From assembly GCF_006345805.1 (NCBI RefSeq), contig NC_042998.1, forward strand, positions 127,038,001-127,102,000: DNA of 64,000 nt. Direction: 5' to 3'. A program made the translations under genes and the position numbers. The DNA comes from Octopus sinensis (lineage: Eukaryota). The notes under the pieces are model-generated. The model saw nothing but the letters and a program-made list of their open reading frames with translations, searched no databases and was not told the origin of the DNA. Below, in pieces: positions 13,750 to 27,501 of this stretch (position 1 is the stretch's first letter; each line of letters opens with the position of its first letter).

Positions 13750-14024
13750 ATAATAAATATTAGGGAATAAATCCAAATTTACAGGGAAAAAATCAGATTT
13801 AGGATTAAATCCAATTTTATAGTAAAATATTATATAATATTAATTCGAGACAAAACCACTATTTTGCAAAACAAACAAGGAAAGACTTAATCAATACATA
13901 AAAATTTTTAATATAAAGAAATAAACCGCCACTACAATCGTTTCATGTCTTCAATGACATTCGTCAGGTGGAATTTCGATCTCATAATCTGTTTTAATTT
14001 ATGAATTTTGTCTCGAATTAATAT

Positions 14025-14030
<6 letters not shown>
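13750..14030 (-). mobile_element. pLTR-like insertion with a short inverted fragment at its 5' junction
   Basis: tatataatattaattcgagacaaaa (about 13832-13856) is mirrored by ttttgtctcgaattaatattatata (about 14007-14031); an HHR lies between them. Confidence 0.6.
13929..13971 (-). ncRNA. Minimal type I hammerhead, family E, essentially intact
   Basis: CCAC CTGACGA ATGTC attgaa GACAT GAA ACGATTGT A GTGG: 4-bp stem I, 5-bp stem II, self-complementary stem III (two G-U pairs), GUA triplet. Confidence 0.85.
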
Positions 14031-14058
<28 letters not shown>

Positions 14059-14326
14059 TAGATATAAATATGTGGCATCAAAACAGAAAACTGGAAGGTT
14101 TGGTATATTTCTAATTCCATGTTACGCGAATAAGAGTCATAAAAATATACAGAATCACCTATGCATAATCCTTCAGAGAGCAACGAAACACGTGTATCAT
14201 GAAATTAAAAAGATACCAAAATTTTCAAGTTTTCTCTTTTGATATATAATTACTCTGCTAACAGAACTCACCAGGAATTTCAAATGCTATGTATATCTCA
14301 ATCAAAATAAAACATTTATATATATA

Positions 14327-14722
14327 GGAGTGGCTGTGTGGTAAGTAGCTTGTCTACCAACCACATGGTTCCGGATTCAGTCCCACTGCGTGGCACCTTG
14401 GGCAACTGTCTTCTACTATAGCCTCGGGCCGACCAAAGCCTTTTGAGTGGATTTGGTAGACGAAAACTGAAAGAAGCCCGCCGTATATATGTATATATAT
14501 GCATGTGTGTGTTTGTGTGTCTGTGTTTGTACCCCTAGCATTGCTTGACAACCGATGCCGGTGTGTTTATGTCCCCGTTACTTAGCGGTTCGGCAAAAGA
14601 GACCGATAGAATAAGTACTGGGCTTACAAAAGAACAAGTCCCGGGGTCGAGTTGCTCGATTAAAGGCGGTGCTCCAGCATGGCCGCAGTCAAATGACTGA
14701 AACAAGTAAAAGAGTAAAGAGT
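14327..14722 (+). mobile_element. tRNA-derived SINE family S1, near full length
   Basis: Head ggagtggctgtgtggtaagtagcttg...ggattcagtccc, body, TG/TA tract, 3' module and an (aagagt)-type tail. Confidence 0.9.
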
Positions 14723-15553
14723 ATATACATTTGATTAATATAAATGCGTAGACACCCTTCATGTGAGCACAACTTTGATTATAATACCTTATACACTCTA
14801 TATATGTTTGCATCTACTAGTGCAAGCAACATACTTTCTTGAAGATGATGCTTTGCATTGCTATCCTCGTATTATATGTTCCTAAGGTATGTATTTCTCA
14901 GTAAAATTCTAAGGATGGTTAAGGTAAGTTATGTTTCAGTATATTTTGCTTGTTTTTTGGAGTGTTTAAGTTTATGTTATTACATTCAAAATAATATTTT
15001 CGTTCTTAATAAATTGGAGCATAAATCTTAGCAATTTAAAGTTTTAGAACCCAATCAGTGACCTTCTTACATGCTTATGATTGTCCCATAAATTTGGGAT
15101 AGTTTTAATAGTTAATGCGTTTAAATAATTTGTTAACGAGTTAAGAATAGCAGCCGTCTGTTTCTAATATGGAAATGTGTTGCTAATATGTAATATTTTC
15201 TGAATCATGAAGTGATTTTAGAAATAGAAAGATAAATTGTTGAATAAAATGTAACGTATTTAGTTGAGAGAAAAATATCTTGAATAGTCTCTTATATATT
15301 TATTGGTACACGTACTGTCCTAGGAAGAAATTATTTTTCTGTTAATACTTGATAAAACCAAATTAAATATTAAAATATTGAGAGTAGCGAAATAGAAAAG
15401 AGAGTTCAGAAATAGAAAAGTGGAACTGAATGTTCAAGAAATGAAATTTTTTATATTAAGCCTGATACTGTGTAGATAAATTTTGTTCGCTGCTGTGTTA
15501 CGAGTGTAGTATGTCATTGTCAGAAGTACTCCTAAGCAAAAAACTTCCCTGTG

Positions 15554-15600
<47 letters not shown>

Positions 15601-15612
<12 letters not shown>

Positions 15613-15887
15613 GGAAATGAAGAAAATGCTGACAAAATAATTTAAGGGAGAGTGTATTTAATTAGGTGAAAGTTCTTTTTACCGGTTGCGCATTTGTTAT
15701 GCTTATCAAAAGATATTTTTAAAGAGAGATAGAGTTCCTTTCTGATAGGAACTCTATCTCTCTTAAAAAAATATCTTTTGATAAGCATAACAAATGCGCA
15801 ACCGGTGAAAAGAACTTTCACCTAATTAAATACACTCTCCCTTAAATTATTTTGTCAGCATTTTCTTCATTTCCTTTTTTTATATAT
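15601..15887. repeat. Near-perfect palindrome, arms of about 139 bp with a 7-nt loop
   Basis: 15601-15739 is the reverse complement of 15747-15887, with about 3 differences; loop ttctgat. Confidence 0.95.
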
Positions 15888-15949
15888 CACAACTCGTGTT
15901 CCACATCTTCTTTTTTAAATATATATATATATATATAATTGAGATTCAG

Positions 15950-17450
15950 ATGAATTAGGTTCTTATGTTATGGCACGAAAAGTTAGTGCGGAATTATCCG
16001 TACAGTTTCAAAAAAGGTGAATAAAATCAAATAAGCAACAGAATATCCAGAGATGATGCAGTACGATCGTTTCAAGCGACTCCATTTAATTGAAGAATGC
16101 AATCATTACACTAATTTAAATACAGAGCTATCCTCAACTGCATAAATAAAATAAACAGAATTTATTTAATCAGTCGGACACATTTGTATAATTTAACCTA
16201 AATCCTCTTAGAGGGTAAGAAGACAGACAAAGTCCATGCTGTATTCACTTCAGCTTAGAAACTATTAAGGCTTCAGGAAAAAAAACTGTTAGAGTTCTAA
16301 CTCGTCACTGATTTTTGAGTCGGTTTTAATTTATAGTCTTGTTCATCAAATCTTTGTATATCAAAATCTAAGACCAAAGAGCATTGTCTGATTAGGAAAG
16401 GGCCTGGGAGAGTTGATACAATCATAGTGGGTATAGTCATAAAACTTGTCAAGATTAGTTTGAAGTAGTAATAAAGTAACTGTCTATAATGAGGCTTGGT
16501 AAAGGAAGAACTTAAATGAAGATATCAGTTTTCAGTTAAAGGGGCAAGACTCTAATAAAACCAATGATGATAATACCGGGGAAATTTTATCATGGCGTAC
16601 TATAGTTGAATGATTTGAACAATATTGTTATATTGTATAACGATAACATTTAGGTTTATCAAGAAAAATATTAAGAAGAATATCATAGTCAAAAGGATAA
16701 ACTTTTGAATACTTTTGAGTATATACCAAAATTTACAACAATAGGGAGAGATAAAGAAATTACGTTGAATTAGTTTAATAATTTATTCATATACTGAAAT
16801 ATGTACTTATTACATGTCATTTATGAAGATTGATCACTGGCATTTACTGGCGTTTAATAAAGGAGTAGTGGGGCGATATAGCAAGCGAACTATATATTAA
16901 ATATAATCTAATAGGTATAATATAAGTTGTAAAGCTACCAGTGTTGTTATATATAAGCTAATATAAATATCTAGGAGTAAAAAAATTAGGTTTAATTTCA
17001 TAAAGGCTATTATAAAATAATAATATGATCATGTAGGGTAGAACATAATAGAAGGGAATAAACAGCTTAATCACTAAAACCATGGTGAAGCAAATATACC
17101 TTATTATCATCAATAGAATAGAGAAGATTCTATAGTAATTGTTTATAAATTCAATCATTTAAAACTAAATTATTTATTTATTAGGTGGTATCTATAAAGA
17201 CTGATACCAGGTGTTAACTAGAGGAATAATAACGGGGTCATAGAACATGCCAAACTCTATGTTAATTATAAACTAAGAGATATAATGTCAGTTTTAAAAG
17301 TTACCAGTGTAAATCAATACATGATAATATTGTTTCATTTGGGGTGGTTAAATAGGAAGGATACTTACATAAAAATTTTATAAAAATATGATTACGATGG
17401 TGGAACACTATAGAATGGGATAAAAAGATTAATTACTAAAACCAAGATGA
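15950..17450 (-). mobile_element. Possible very decayed PLE (RT C-terminal traces followed by a pLTR)
   Basis: Weak minus-strand traces (YICFTM..IPF, LLDIYI..GSFTT). GAAACGATCGTA half-HHR at about 16062-16073 on the minus strand, with a decayed core. Confidence 0.35.
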
Positions 17451-17499
17451 AGTTAGACTAATTAGGCAATTAGGCATGAATATTCCTAGGATAGTGTAC

Positions 17500-18620
17500 T
17501 AACTACATGTAGCGCTCTAACGTGCTATACTATATAGTTTGTATTATATGCAAGGTACTTTAAATCCTCATGTAAACTGAATATGACGTAAATCTATTAT
17601 ACATACATTTAGAATCAGAGGGTAAGACTATTCAGATCTACCGTTAAAATATTAAGTTTCCATCAATTTAGTTCAAGCACAACACCTATAAAGCACTAAT
17701 TTCGAAAATATTTAAAAGTACAGTTGACACTATTTTGATATATATATATATACATATATTCTACCCTGAAAATCTTGAGGACACTCTGGATGATGCAGCA
17801 TATAGTTCTCCATGTGCGAATACTGATTTTTGTAAATATAAATCAACCTTCTCCAATATTTTCTTTTGTGATTTATTAATTATCGTTACTGTTGTTAATT
17901 TATAGGAAATTGTTGTGTAATCAATGTATACACTAACTCACCACCAACTGAAGAGAGAGTGACTTTTCGATTAAACACAAAATTTCTGTGATGTGGGCCT
18001 TCACTTGTAATGTTTCCTGATTGAAATTTGCTTCAATGTCTTGGATAATTGAATGTGTGGCATAACACGTCATTAACCTGATCATTTGTGAGTAGGAGGA
18101 TAATTATAGCATTAGTTTTTAATTTTAGTGTGTATGATGGCAAACCTGAAGTAGTTTGTGCATTTAAGTACTCTGTAGTAAATTCTGAAACGTCATCCTA
18201 AAGTGAACATTGATCATAACTAAACAGAACCTTTTCAACTACTGGAAATCGATTTAGTACTTCTTCATTCATGAAATCAATGTGAATATTTTCTGGTGAT
18301 AAAACGGCAACATTTTGATATTTTTTCTGGTGTTGCAATGACATTTCTATTAAAAACTGAGGAATTGAAATCACTGAATCACGAACATGTATAATTATTT
18401 ATCTATTTGCTCCTACTAAAGATACATGCCATACATGGAATTCGAATTTGTAGAACTGTATTTGTTTACTGTGATCTCAATTCTGTGTAAATGAATGTAG
18501 CCCTTTGTTTTCTATTGGTTGATGTTTTTTACGTGTTTCCATATAGAATGGTTATTGAATTATTGTCCACTATTTACTAAAAGAATAGATATTTTTTTAA
18601 AATTTAAAAGTAATTTTTTA
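17500..18620 (-). pseudogene. Helitron RepHel PIF1-type helicase C-terminal fragment
   Basis: VLSPENIHIDFMNEEVLNRFP, TEYLNAQTTSGLPSYTLKLK, RKVTLS...QQFPI, TI.NKSQ..ILEKVDLYLQKSVFAHGELYAASSRV. Possible 3' hairpin plus TTAG near 17500-17525. Confidence 0.85.
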
Positions 18621-19742
18621 GTCAGATATTCATCCGACTGTAAAAAATCTACGATTCATTTCAAATTTATATTTATTTCCTGCAAGCATACATACTGGCA
18701 AAAGAAGATGGTGCGTTTACTTAGTTGCTTAACCTGTTAGAAATAGCAGCCAAACAATACTAACGTATTAAGGGAGTGACGTAATGTCATCTTAGATTTA
18801 TCAACTGTATAGCAAATGAAGAGCTTTATCGCCTGCTGGGCAAGTATGTCTTTTCTTAACTTCGATTTTCTATCGAAGTGAAACGAAAAGAAATATTTCA
18901 TTGGATAAGTGACTATTTTCTTACTCTCAAAAGTATGCACGAAATGTGACGGCAAAAGTTGAAAATGTAAAACTGAAAATTATAATGAAATTTAATAGAA
19001 CTTCGGAATATATATATAATGAGACGTGTACTTAACTATAATATGCAATGAGAAATAAATGCAAAGATGAGCTGCGTGAAATGTATAAACAGAAGATGAA
19101 CAGAATGGAAAGTATAAATTCAAGGTATGATGAGATCATATAAAGCCATTATAAATTCCAGATGTAGATGATGTATATTTACATCTGCGCATAAACTATT
19201 CTCCAGGATTTCGCCCGGTTTCATGTCATTTCGAACATCAATACGCATGCATTAAGGTAAGTCAAAACAGACATTGTATTCTTTTCAACTACATAGCATA
19301 GTTGAAATAAACTCGAAGAGAGCGCATCAGGAATAATTAACTTTCCGAGTCATCTGTATACCACTCACCCATAGTAAAAATAATAATTGAAGGGGAAATT
19401 TCTACACCTTTGATAGAACAAGAGTGTGCAGAAAAATACTGCGCAGAGAAAAAAAAGAAAAATCAATAATGTGAAATCTTTCAACCAGGAAAAAAGGCAT
19501 TCATTAGAGAAGGCGACCGAACGATCCGGCAAAAGGAAGATAAAATGGTAAAACGGTGGAGTGAAACGAGAAGTGAAGGGAAAATTGAACTGCCTTCTAG
19601 AAAAATAGCAGCAATAAAAGAATGCAGTAGATAAACAAAAATAAAGAGGGTGCAGATAGAAAGTTAAACTAGGGCAGATAAAAATAGGGCTGCTGATGGG
19701 GGTCACTTGAACAAGTAAATCTCGTGAGAAAAAATATTTATG

Positions 19743-20375
<633 letters not shown>

Positions 20376-20459
20376 AAAATCAAAGAAAGATCAGACGTGT
20401 GTATGTATGTATGTATGTATGTATGTATGTATGTATGTATGTATGTATGTATGTATGTA

Positions 20460-21652
20460 TTAGGTTGTTTCACATGAAATGTCGCATTTTTAATTACTTG
20501 ATATTTCAGTCATTTAAAAAGTCAATTATTTATACCTTGCATTTAATCTTGACTGTTATTCTTGCCCAACAATAATGATATACAAAATTCGTACAGACTT
20601 TATGAAAATGATAACAACTAAACTATGTTGAGTGATTTTCTCGTATGAGTACAAATTGGGTCACTCTACGACAGAAGCTCTATGGAATATCAAGAGGGCC
20701 TTTGGTAATGATTTTGTTGACATCAGAACTGTTCAGAGATAGTTCAAACGCTCTTGTTCAGATGATGGCCTTCAAAATAAACCAAGGGCAGGCCAAAATC
20801 AGTTATTCGGCATGATGGATTAAATATTTTGGTTGAACAAAATCAGAGAACAAAGGTTCTAAAAGTTTCATCAGAACTCCAAACACTGCTTTTGACATTT
20901 GTAAAAGTCGGAAAAGTCAAGAAAACGGATAGGTTTGTTCCACATCAACTGAACGAGATTAAAAAAAGACAGACACCTTGAAGTGTGCTCCTTATTGCTT
21001 TCTTGACTAGAAAAAGACCATTTTTGCATCAAATCATTATTTGTGATGAGAAATGGATACTCTTTGACAACAGCAGGACAACAGGGCAGTGATTAGATAC
21101 AGAAGAGTGACGTAAACCCTACCCAAACCCATCATTGCACCCATAAAACTTAGTGGTCTGCCAAGGGAGATATTCATTATTCATTTTTGCAACAAGGAAA
21201 AGCGGTAACAGTAACATTGTATTGCCATGAAATTGATTGTATGCATGAGAATTTGAAAAAGAAGCAACCCAGACAAGTGAATAGTGATGGCCCAATTTTG
21301 CTCCACGACAATGCACGTCCTGACACTCCTCAAGCTACGGTACAAAAGTTGCAAAGCCTGAGTAATGAGATTTTGCAACATCCTCCTTATTCCTTTAATA
21401 TCGCTCCTACTGATCATCACTTATTTAAGCATTTTGAGTTTTTCATAAGTAATGAATCATTCTTAGATAGAGAAGAGGTAATATAAGCATTCGGACAGCT
21501 TATCCCAGCAAAAGATGAATTGTAATTTTAATGAAGGAATATATGACATAGAGAAACTTTGGATAAACGTCATAAATGAACAAGGATCATATTTGTTCTC
21601 TAACACTTTTGAAACATTTTATTGTTACCTTTCAAATACGACATTTCATGTG
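20460..21652 (+). mobile_element. Mariner (DD34D) DNA transposon, decayed
   Basis: TA + ttaggttgtttcacatgaaatgtcgcattt at the left; partial inverted copy aaatacgacatttcatgtg at 21634-21652. Motifs FVPHQL, IIICDEKW, ILLHDNARP and HPPYSFNIAPTDHHLF. Confidence 0.92.
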
Positions 21653-21699
21653 TGTGTTTCTGTGTGTGCATGAGTGTGTGTGCATGTGTGCGTGCACGT

Positions 21700-21815
21700 T
21701 GGTCATACCTGAAATACTTGTTAAGCATGTTTGCCTAACCAGTATTCCTGGGGGCTAATGAAATGTCTTAACAACCAGACACAGCACAGGATTGAGCGAC
21801 AAGATACATGGAACT
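21700..21815 (+). repeat. Unclassified dispersed repeat, copy 1 (partner at 23583-23698)
   Basis: tggtcata...taaccagta.tcctgggggctaatgaa..tcttaacaaccagacacagc; roughly 80% identical to its partner by eye. Confidence 0.8.
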
Positions 21816-22080
21816 GGCATTCGTTCGTTTATTGCCCATGATTTTGCCAAAACGGGTGTTATGTTGAAAAACGTAAGGGACTCGACACTTATTGATCGAT
21901 GAAATTATTAGTTGTATTTAGCAATGGGGACAATGTGACCAACTAAAATCATGATGGCAGTGTCTCAACATGACAGCCGTTTATTGGTTAGAAACCAGTG
22001 AATGAGTCAAAGAATAAAACGATATATCTTTCTTTCTCGTTTCCTTTTCTGTCACTTTCTCATTCTCTATCAGTTTCACC

Positions 22081-22781
22081 ATCTCTCTCTCCCCCACTCT
22101 CATCCCCCCTCTCGCTCGCTGACTCTCTCTCTCTTACTGGCTCTCTCTTTCACTGGCTCTCTCTTTCACTGGCTCTCTTTCTCCCTCTCTCTCTGACTGA
22201 TTCTCTCTCTCTCTCTCTCTACCACCCTCTTTCTCTATCTCAGTGTTTCAGTGATTTCCATTTGTCATTATCTGACATTAGCTCTATTTGCACATATGTT
22301 ATATTTTTTGAATAGCTCTCTATTTGTAGATATCTTTTCTTGTTTCTCTCTATTTTTCACCTCATCACACTTCCTTCTCTCTCTTTAGTTCTCTTTCAAT
22401 TTCTCACCTTCTTTCCTTTTCTTTCTCTCTCTCTCCCCCACTCTCATCCCCCCTCTCGCTCGCTGACTCTCTCTCTCTTACTGGCTCTCTCTTTCACTGG
22501 CTCTCTCTTTCACTGGCTCTCTTTCTCCCTCTCTCTCTGACTGATTCTCTCTCTCTCTCTCTCTACCACCCTCTTTCTCTATCTCAGTGTTTCAGTGATT
22601 TCCATTTGTCATTATCTGACATTAGCTCTATTTGCACATATGTTATATTTTTTGAATAGCTCTCTATTTGTAGATATCTTTTCTTGTTTCTCTCTATTTT
22701 TCACCTCATCACACTTCCTTCTCTCTCTTTAGTTCTCTTTCAATTTCTCACCTTCTTTCCTTTTCTTTCTCTCTCTCTCTC
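22081..22781 (+). repeat. Tandem duplication with a 344-bp period in CT-rich DNA
   Basis: cccccactctcatc at 22091 and 22435; ORF ends at 22196 and 22540; units identical except for homopolymer lengths. Confidence 0.92.
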
Positions 22782-23582
22782 CCTCTTCACTTTTTTGTTG
22801 TTTCTAAGTGCCTAGAATTAATCGATAGTGACAACAAGACAATATAACATCTTCAATGGTTGATTTAATAAGATGTCAGTAACTTTTCAACTATGAAAAA
22901 CCTTGTATGCATATGCCGTTGCCGTCATCCACTTGAGCCTTGATAATTAAATTAAAAAGACTGCCTCCAGCTTCCTGGGTTGCATAGCAAGGTTGTTTCT
23001 GTTGTTTGCTTGTTCGTTCGCTCGTTCGTTTATTGCTTTGCATATCACTCGTAGAATTATATTTTGCCTGGGGTGTACCCTGTGTAGGTGTAAGCGTAAA
23101 TTCCTATGAGATAGCACCGTGAATCAACGATTTGAATCGCACGCACGTGTAATCTACATATTAATGGAGTTAAGCAACGAGGACTAAATGGCAGCTCGAC
23201 CTGTTAAAATTAATAGCAAGATCTTCCTTAAATAAGAAAATAGAAAAAAAACAGAAAAAAAGAAAACAGACAAAACGAAAAGTATGTCATATTGGATACT
23301 GCAGTTGGTATTGGCTATCCCAGGATTGGATGGCCATACTGAGAATGCCTTTTAATGACAAATTTTATGGAGCTGGCTATCTATCGCCAAATAGCTATTT
23401 ATCTTATGTTAAGAAGGGACAGCTATCCATGAAGTAGAATGCTGGAAAATGAGTTAAGAAAAATATAGGGTCTTCTAGAAATAGCAGCCATATCTTCCTC
23501 ATATCATAGTCGAACGACTTACAAAAAAGAACACATTGAACAGTGTAAATCACTTTATACATTGAGTGAATAATGGACAGGA

Positions 23583-23698
23583 TGGTCATAACTGGAATAC
23601 TTGTAAACCATTTTTGCTTAACCAGTAATCCTGGGGGCTAATGAACTATCTTAACAACCAGACACAGCGCAGCATTGAGCGAGAAGGTATATGGAAGT
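23583..23698 (+). repeat. Unclassified dispersed repeat, copy 2
   Basis: Matches 21700-21815. Confidence 0.8.
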
Positions 23699-23953
23699 GA
23701 TATCTCGGCCATGTTCTTTTTTGTTGTTGCTTTACTACTTTCAGCCATTGGATTGTATAGATTCAGGGCAAGTACCTTCAAGTTTCTAATCGATCATATT
23801 CAGCGCTCAGCGATATTACAGGATAATAACAATCGACGTTTATTAAAGTTTTTTCGATAACGAGATGCAAATTGATAAACTGGTTTAAAACTGAGATACC
23901 CACACTAAGAGAAATGAAATGCATGCACAAATAGACACGCATATATGAGTGTG

Positions 23954-24010
<57 letters not shown>

Positions 24011-24383
24011 ATATATATATATATATACATCATATACATTATATACATTATATGCATTACATACATTATACACACGTATGCATATTTATTTGTATGTGTA
24101 AGTGTGATATTAAACGACATGAATTGGTGAAGATCCGTTTAAAGACATGTAGTGTTAAAAATCACAGTATACTTCAGAAATAGGTGAAATGAAGTCTCCG
24201 TGAAGGTGCACGAGAGCGGCAAATACTTGTATTTCGCAGTATCTTGCTGCGTATCAATTGCGTCAATTGCGTCGCAGAAGTAGAATAAATTATATACATA
24301 CACATGCATAAAAATCTCGGTACCTATTCATATATATGTGTATATATGTACACACACACACACACCACACACACACACATATA

Positions 24384-24433
<50 letters not shown>

Positions 24434-24825
24434 TATCAATACACACGCACATACATACACACAATGTACAGACGCATATACATATATACACGAACGTTTA
24501 CACACAGATAGAAGCTCACAGTAACATAGAGATATACATCCACATATTGTTATCATTGATGAAGAAGTCGAAAAAGAAATGATCAATTATATATATATAT
24601 ATATATATATTTAAAATTAAAAATTTACTTAGATATGGTGTAAATTATTATTGATTGAAAATTTTATACTCGAGGCATAATGACTAATGGCAGTTTCAGG
24701 AAACATAACTATAAAGAAATTTCCCATTGGGAAATGGCCCGAAGAAAATACATATGCCGACAGAAAATGTCCATATGGCTACGTTTTGGGGAAGCTTCAG
24801 GTGATCAGTATGACATATACATTAA

Positions 24826-24865
<40 letters not shown>

Positions 24866-25661
24866 ATACATACATACGTACGTACGCACATACACTGGCA
24901 AACTCATGTCCACAATGATTCCGACAAGTTTTAAATTACAGAGAACGGCGCATTGAAACAATGAGAGAAACCATTCATAAATGTTATCAAAAGAGTAAAT
25001 ATATGTACATACACAGTACTGCAGCTTGTGAACAATGTGTCATAGTTGTAACGTCGTTATTGAAATTATTATCACTTAATGCATACGTGCATATATACAA
25101 ACATATATATATGAAATAAAATATATAAAAGTAATATTAGACTGTTTCCTTCCGTTTGAAACTATTTTCTCTTAAACGACCGCCAAAGTGTTTTTATATT
25201 AAGTTGAATGTCATCTGTTACTGTTTATTTCAACACCTGATATCTCATTTAAACTGTGTTTTATTCTCCATTTCTCACTCACTTTTTTCTTTTGTCATTA
25301 TCACCAATTTATCTGCACGTGATTGTATGTGTGCATGTATGTATATATGTGTATTTGTATGTATATGTGTATGAACTTCTATGAGAGGTTTTTTTTTTTT
25401 TTTTTTGCTGGGTGTGAATAAAATATTGCTTTCAAATTTTACGAGAAAATCCTGCAGTATTATTTACATCAAAATACCTGCTGTTTTAACCGATAAAACT
25501 CAAGCAGAACTGGATTAGAGAGTCCATGTCTTTCATGAGGTTGCAAAAGGCAACGAAATCTTGCTGAATGTTTCGTCGAACGATTAATAAATTTATTAGT
25601 TAATTTGTTAATGTTAACGGATTTACTACTACTAATAAAAGAAGTGTAATGTAATTAGTCA

Positions 25662-25997
25662 TGTGAAGGCGCATGGCTCAGTGGTTACAGCGTAGAGCTT
25701 ACGATCGTGAGGTTGTGAATTCGATTCCCGGACCGAACTGTGTGTTTTTTTCTTGAGCAGACACTTTATTTCACTTTGCTCCAGTTAACTCAGCTGTAGA
25801 AATGAGTTGCGACATCACTTGTGCCAGGCTCTATCGGCCTTTATCTTTCCCTTGGATAACATCAGTGGTGTGGAGAGGGGTGGCCGGTATGTTTGGGCGA
25901 CTGCTAACCTTCCACAAACAATCTTGCCCTCACTTGTGCCTCGAAGTGTAGCTTTCACGGTGCAATCCCTTGGCCATTCATGATCAAAGGGGGTCTC
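25662..25997 (+). mobile_element. tRNA-derived SINE family S3, near full length
   Basis: A box TGGCTCAGTGG, B box ATTCGATTCC, body cttgagcagacactttatttcac...gctccagttaactcagctgta; second copy at 29897. Confidence 0.88.
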
Positions 25998-26589
25998 TCC
26001 TGCTCCTCCTAATAATATAATCAGTCCATATGTTTATTATGGGAATAAGGAATCTTCGGAGACACAAATATAAAATATACATATATATGTGTGTGTGCGT
26101 ATGTATGTGAGTGTTTGCGTGTGGGTGTGTGTGTTTGTGTGTGTGTTCACATATTCACATAAAAATGTGTTTCCGTGTATGTATATGTACGCGTGTGTTG
26201 AATGCATGTTTCACATATATACCTCGTTAGTTAATATTGCAAATTGCCAAGGTGGAACTTAGCGGATTGAATCAATCCTAATACATACCTGTCTTATCGA
26301 GTTGATATTAGAAGAATGACATTGGAATGCAATCGCCATGGCAGGAATAGTAATAATGACCATAAAAGGAACAAACTAAATATCATAAGACTGCCTTCAA
26401 AATTGCAGTCTAATTAATGAAATTTAATGACATTGAAATCCAGAGCATAAAAGGATCCGCTATCTCAAGTCATTATTCACTAAACGAAGTTAGCCAATTG
26501 ATCTTCCGATTCTCTTCATATTATAATTCATAATTATAATATATACCAGGCAAATGGTAATGCGGGTTGGGAATGACAGGGACTGTACA

Positions 26590-26945
26590 GTCGTTTATAC
26601 CCGCCCCAATACTCAGCTGCTATCGTATTGAACTCAAAGGTCGAAGTGGTATTTCACCTCGGTAATGTTGAAACAGAAAATATGAATTGCGTAGTTAAAT
26701 ACTTCAAAATATTTGTTTTCATCCATTCATCGATTCTACAACCATAATAATTGTCTCTAACATTGATACAAGACCCGCACGTGGGTTTGAGCAGTTCATT
26801 AAGAGGAATACAGTACTTCAGTGGTACTTAGCTTATAAACTCCAGAAAGATGAAAGGCATTATGGCAGGATTTAAACTAAGGACATAAAGAGACGTAACT
26901 AAATACAGTGAAGAATGTTGTCCAGCACACCGCTATGACTAGAAT
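26590..26945 (-). mobile_element. Decayed SINE S2 copies
   Basis: Reverse-complement similarity to the S2 head and core (gaaagatgaaaggc..ggatttaaact; ctcggtaatgttgaaac). Confidence 0.55.
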
Positions 26946-27358
26946 TCACCATCTTCGGCAACAATGATATTAGTAGTGATGTATTAAGGAAGAACTGTGT
27001 TTATGTAACTATTGGTAGAGAGCCAGACTTTACGCGTCAAGTGTGTGGAGCAACTGATATAACAATGGCATTCATTTGATCGACTCAATTCGATAATACA
27101 AATGTTGATTTTGTTTTAAAAATACAAGTGGCCCTCATTCTATTCTACACCTTGTTGTATGCTTTCATCTTTTCAGCTGATACCTTTACTTCAACTATTT
27201 TCAATATCAGCGATAATAGTTGTTGAAGATTTCAAAAATCCTGAATGAATGACATTTTTCTTTCTACTATCCTGACACTTGAAACTGACATTTATTCTTC
27301 CATCAAGATGGATGGACGAGGAATTAATATTTGAAGTGAAGAAAAATGTGTTTGATCT

Positions 27359-27501
27359 TATTTAAACAAGGATTAGCCATGAGTTGTAAATTCGTTTAAT
27401 GTTTCTCAACTGGATTTGTATTTCAAGCCTTTTGACTGAACTACATTCATCACCACATCAGTTCTAGCATTAGTAGAGATGGCTTTTATTAGAAAGAAAG
27501 G
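27359..27501. repeat. 143-bp duplicated segment, copy 1 (partner at 28610-28752)
   Basis: 8 substitutions between the copies, all in the first half; the last 70 bp or so are identical. Confidence 0.9.

Noticed and set aside
14272-14286. Micro-exon candidates (also 14845-14886 +, 19207-19256 +, 52870-52920 -)
   Set aside because: AG...GT pairs around short open frames are expected by chance in 64 kb, and they do not join into a coherent gene.
16300-17500. Possible mitochondrial insertion (NUMT)
   Set aside because: AT-rich with a hydrophobic ORF, but no ND, COX, CYTB or rRNA motif; weak PLE RT traces fit better.
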